A DNA stretch of 62,282 nt, filler included. It is 5 parts of 5 records of this genome, joined end to end, with 100 filler letters (N's around TTAATTAATTAA, not from the genome) between each part and the next. Parts side by side here need not be neighbours in the genome. Positions count along the whole stretch, not along the records: positions 53,681 to 62,282 come from SRR2962707_5387; 4 more parts are not named here. One strand, 5' to 3'. This document shows positions 59,701-62,282 of the stretch, one piece after another (positions within the stretch are counted from its first letter, which is position 1; each line of letters begins with the position of its first letter). The translations under genes and the position numbers were made by a program. Under the pieces are notes generated by a model. The model ran no database searches, had not been told where the DNA came from, and saw nothing but the letters and a program-made list of their open reading frames with translations.

Positions 59701-61966
59701 ATTTTTGTTTGCTCTCTCACAGCTTTCCACCTCTCCTTGGATTGGTGTGTCATCATCATCATTACTGCCTGTGGTGGCTTCTGCCTGCCTTTCCTGGTCA
59801 GCTTCGGAATTTGAACTCGATTGCTGGCTTTCACCGTCCACGGTCAGTGTCGAGTCGAGATTTTGGTCGCCTGGTTGCTGCGGCTTGGTTTTCGACTTCC
59901 TTTGAGCCGCACGTCTTTGCATTTTCTTTTTATGATGAGCAATGGCAGCCTCTTTGCGCTAACGGACGAAATTCCAAACATATAATCACAAGGTGCACAA
60001 GCGCGACGCGTGGGGCCCAACGTTCAAATACAGAAACCAAAAATTTCAACATCACCAGGCAAGAAACGAGTACATGCAACACAAATGGCAGACGACCACT
60101 AGTAAATTCCAGCATCAATGGCGAACAGTCAACAAACCCGCTGTTTCAACAGAAGCTGTTCTTTCTTTTCCTGGCTGTCTACACTCTCTTCTGCAGATAT
60201 TTGTACTGGTACATACCCACCATTCACGTCCGGTGTGCGCTTGGTTAAAACTTTCAAGTAATTGGTTGTATTGTCATCCGTGTCGAAGAGCAACTCGTTA
60301 AGTTCAACCTGCAAAGATGATACAGATTGAAGCATGATCAGTGTCTAGCAGACGTTTACAATTGATTGTGGATGAGAAAGCGTTGGGCTTCATGCAACTT
60401 ACCAAACGTTGGCGCTCCCCCAAGAAAAAGCGGATCTGAGTTGAAACATAAGGAAAGTCAAACGGTCGAAAAATGAGTGTTGCGGACGCCGTCACTAGTG
60501 ATTCCCTAGTAGTATCATCAACTAAAATACACTTATCGACAACCAGAAATTGGTGATATCAGTGGTGATAAAAAGGGTGAAAACACACTTGGGCAGGAAT
60601 ATCCACAGCCGCCGATGTCCAGCTTGAAATTATAAAGAAAATCGTAACAAAAGTCCCCGCGACGTGAATGATGTTCACAGTCTGGCAAGTCAGCGATGAA
60701 AAATCACGCAATCAATCAGTTTCAAACCGTCAGGTATCAAAATCCCTGCTTACGAATTCTCCGGGAAGAAAAACGATTGTCACCCCTCGTATGGAGGCAT
60801 TGATTTCATACACTTGATACACAAACATTGTACGTACCGAATCGCTCACGACGAATGTACCAGTGAACCAACCGGTTAAACCAACCGTTGACATGACCGC
60901 TGCACCCAAAATTCCTTGAACTGATAGGTTGATTGCCCGTTGGCGAGCATCAATTTTTTGCAAGGCCGTCAGCTTTTCTTCCATATTGTGTGCCAACGTA
61001 TCTTTGCCATTTCAAACATCACCGTGTCACATCAAAGTAATGAATTGTCAACAGCCAAGGAAACACACGATGCATGACCATCATTCACAACAAGGGTAGT
61101 AAATTCCTACCTTCCATTCCAAACGCATAAATCAAGCGAATATTATGGAGTGCAGCTCGCAAGACTGCTTCCGCCTCAGCAAAACCAGCATCAAAAGACT
61201 CTTGCGCATCCACTAACATCCTTTGTGCTGTCGAAAAAGCCAGCAAGTAAACTCCTGATGCAACCACAGCTGCCAAGGCAAGCTGCCAAGCCAAAGTGAA
61301 GGCAATGATCAAAGAACCAACAATGTTGAGAGAGCTGGTCAGCAATTCGAGTCCCCCACGCACGGCAGCGTTTTTGTATCCGTGTCCGCACACGTCCATC
61401 CACGCCTCGATCCCTTTAGTTGTTTCATTGTCTAGCCAAACCATGTCAGCCCGACTTAGATGGTATATGAACGCTTTTTCGTATTTAGTTGCCACCGAAT
61501 GGCACACGTAATTCACAATGAACTGGCGCGTGAAAAAGACCACAGCCACTACAACTGCAAGGACTGTCAGAGTTGTTGCACTCAATGCCACTCTATCAAG
61601 AACATCGTCAGCATCAAGCTCATGAAGTGCATTGCAGCAGTCCCCGAGAGCCAGGAATATTATTGGAATCAAAATCCCCCTGAGCACCTCCAAGAATACT
61701 GCCAGTCCTGCCAGCCCCAGCTCAAGTGGTGAAAGTACGCGGAAGAACGTCGCGTAAAAGATCTCGAACGCTGTTCTGGGCTTCGGAACGTCGCCTCCCA
61801 CAGCCCCTTCATCAACATTATCATCAACATTATCATCATCGTTCTCGACCGTTCTGCTGTCGTCCTGACCAACAAGACTTGGTGGAGAAGCAACAAAGGC
61901 ACGTTCGCTGCCTTCGGCGCCAAAAAACCCAGTTGGATCTTTTGGAATCTTTTGATACGTTGCCAT
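53795..61966 (-). CDS. Eukaryotic multi-exon ABCB/MDR-like protein, highly divergent (TMD1-NBD1-TMD2; 3' end off contig)
   Basis: TMD1 AFTLAWQLAL...AEAVLRAALHNIRLIYAFG; NBD1 IVFENVTF, LDNVSFAIHPGELVAVTG, STVTENITLG, LARALV..PSLLVLD; TMD2 LRQKIFQALLVQDVEWHD, SWEMALL. Many GT..AG introns. Start placed at MATYQK; the full exon chain is not resolved. Confidence 0.8.
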
Positions 61967-62282
61967 AATATTTGAACGGTGTCTGTGAAAACAAAAAGCT
62001 ACAAATAAATCCGGCGTACTCGAAAGCACGACATCCCGCACCACATACAGGCAGACAACGCGGTCTAACTTGGCCTGCTGGTCATTTCTTGTCCTGTCTC
62101 AAAGAAGAAAAACAGGTGTTTTTCCCGTTGCATGCCAGAGCCTAGGGAATTGTAGAAGCGCTGACACTCGTTGAGTTGCTTCACGGCTCTAACCACTTCG
62201 ATAACTGCGGCCTCCAACCGCACACCCAACAGCCCTTGCGCGCACGCACACGCCACTCTCTAGCAAACACGTACACACGCAC

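Noticed and set aside
62065-62256. 63-aa ORF upstream of the ABC gene
   Set aside because: No homology cues; contains CA/GT repeats and is probably 5' UTR

Overview
The window is not one locus. It joins five unrelated contigs with artificial N44-TTAATTAATTAA-N44 spacers. (1) 1-13336, AT-rich Flavobacteriaceae-like DNA: a uracil-DNA-glycosylase-family gene, a TetR-TolC-EmrA-EmrB efflux operon and the trpEGDCFBA operon. A frameshifted four-helix-bundle (23S-IVP-family) gene sits between trpD and trpC, enclosed by a perfect 23-bp inverted repeat made of 8-nt units. Related 7/8-nt arrays recur at other trp gene junctions. (2) 13437-19292, an intron-containing eukaryotic gene for an ERCC6L2/Rad26-like SNF2 ATPase. 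(3) 19393-29407, alphaproteobacterial DNA: metG-tatD-MBL hydrolase, an ApbE/DUF2271/PepSY/ferric-reductase flavinylation cluster and a TctE-like kinase. (4) 29508-53580, a Roseobacter-type fla1 flagellar cluster with CtrA-like boxes. (5) 53681-62282, an intron-rich eukaryotic ABCB-like transporter gene whose first NBD has lost all catalytic motifs and whose second TMD carries a roughly 230-aa Cys-rich, sequon-rich extracellular domain. The best candidates for new biology are the inverted-repeat-bounded four-helix-bundle cassette and the degenerate ABCB protein with an ectodomain. All calls come from reading the sequence and recalling protein families; no searches were run. Exon boundaries were placed by hand.
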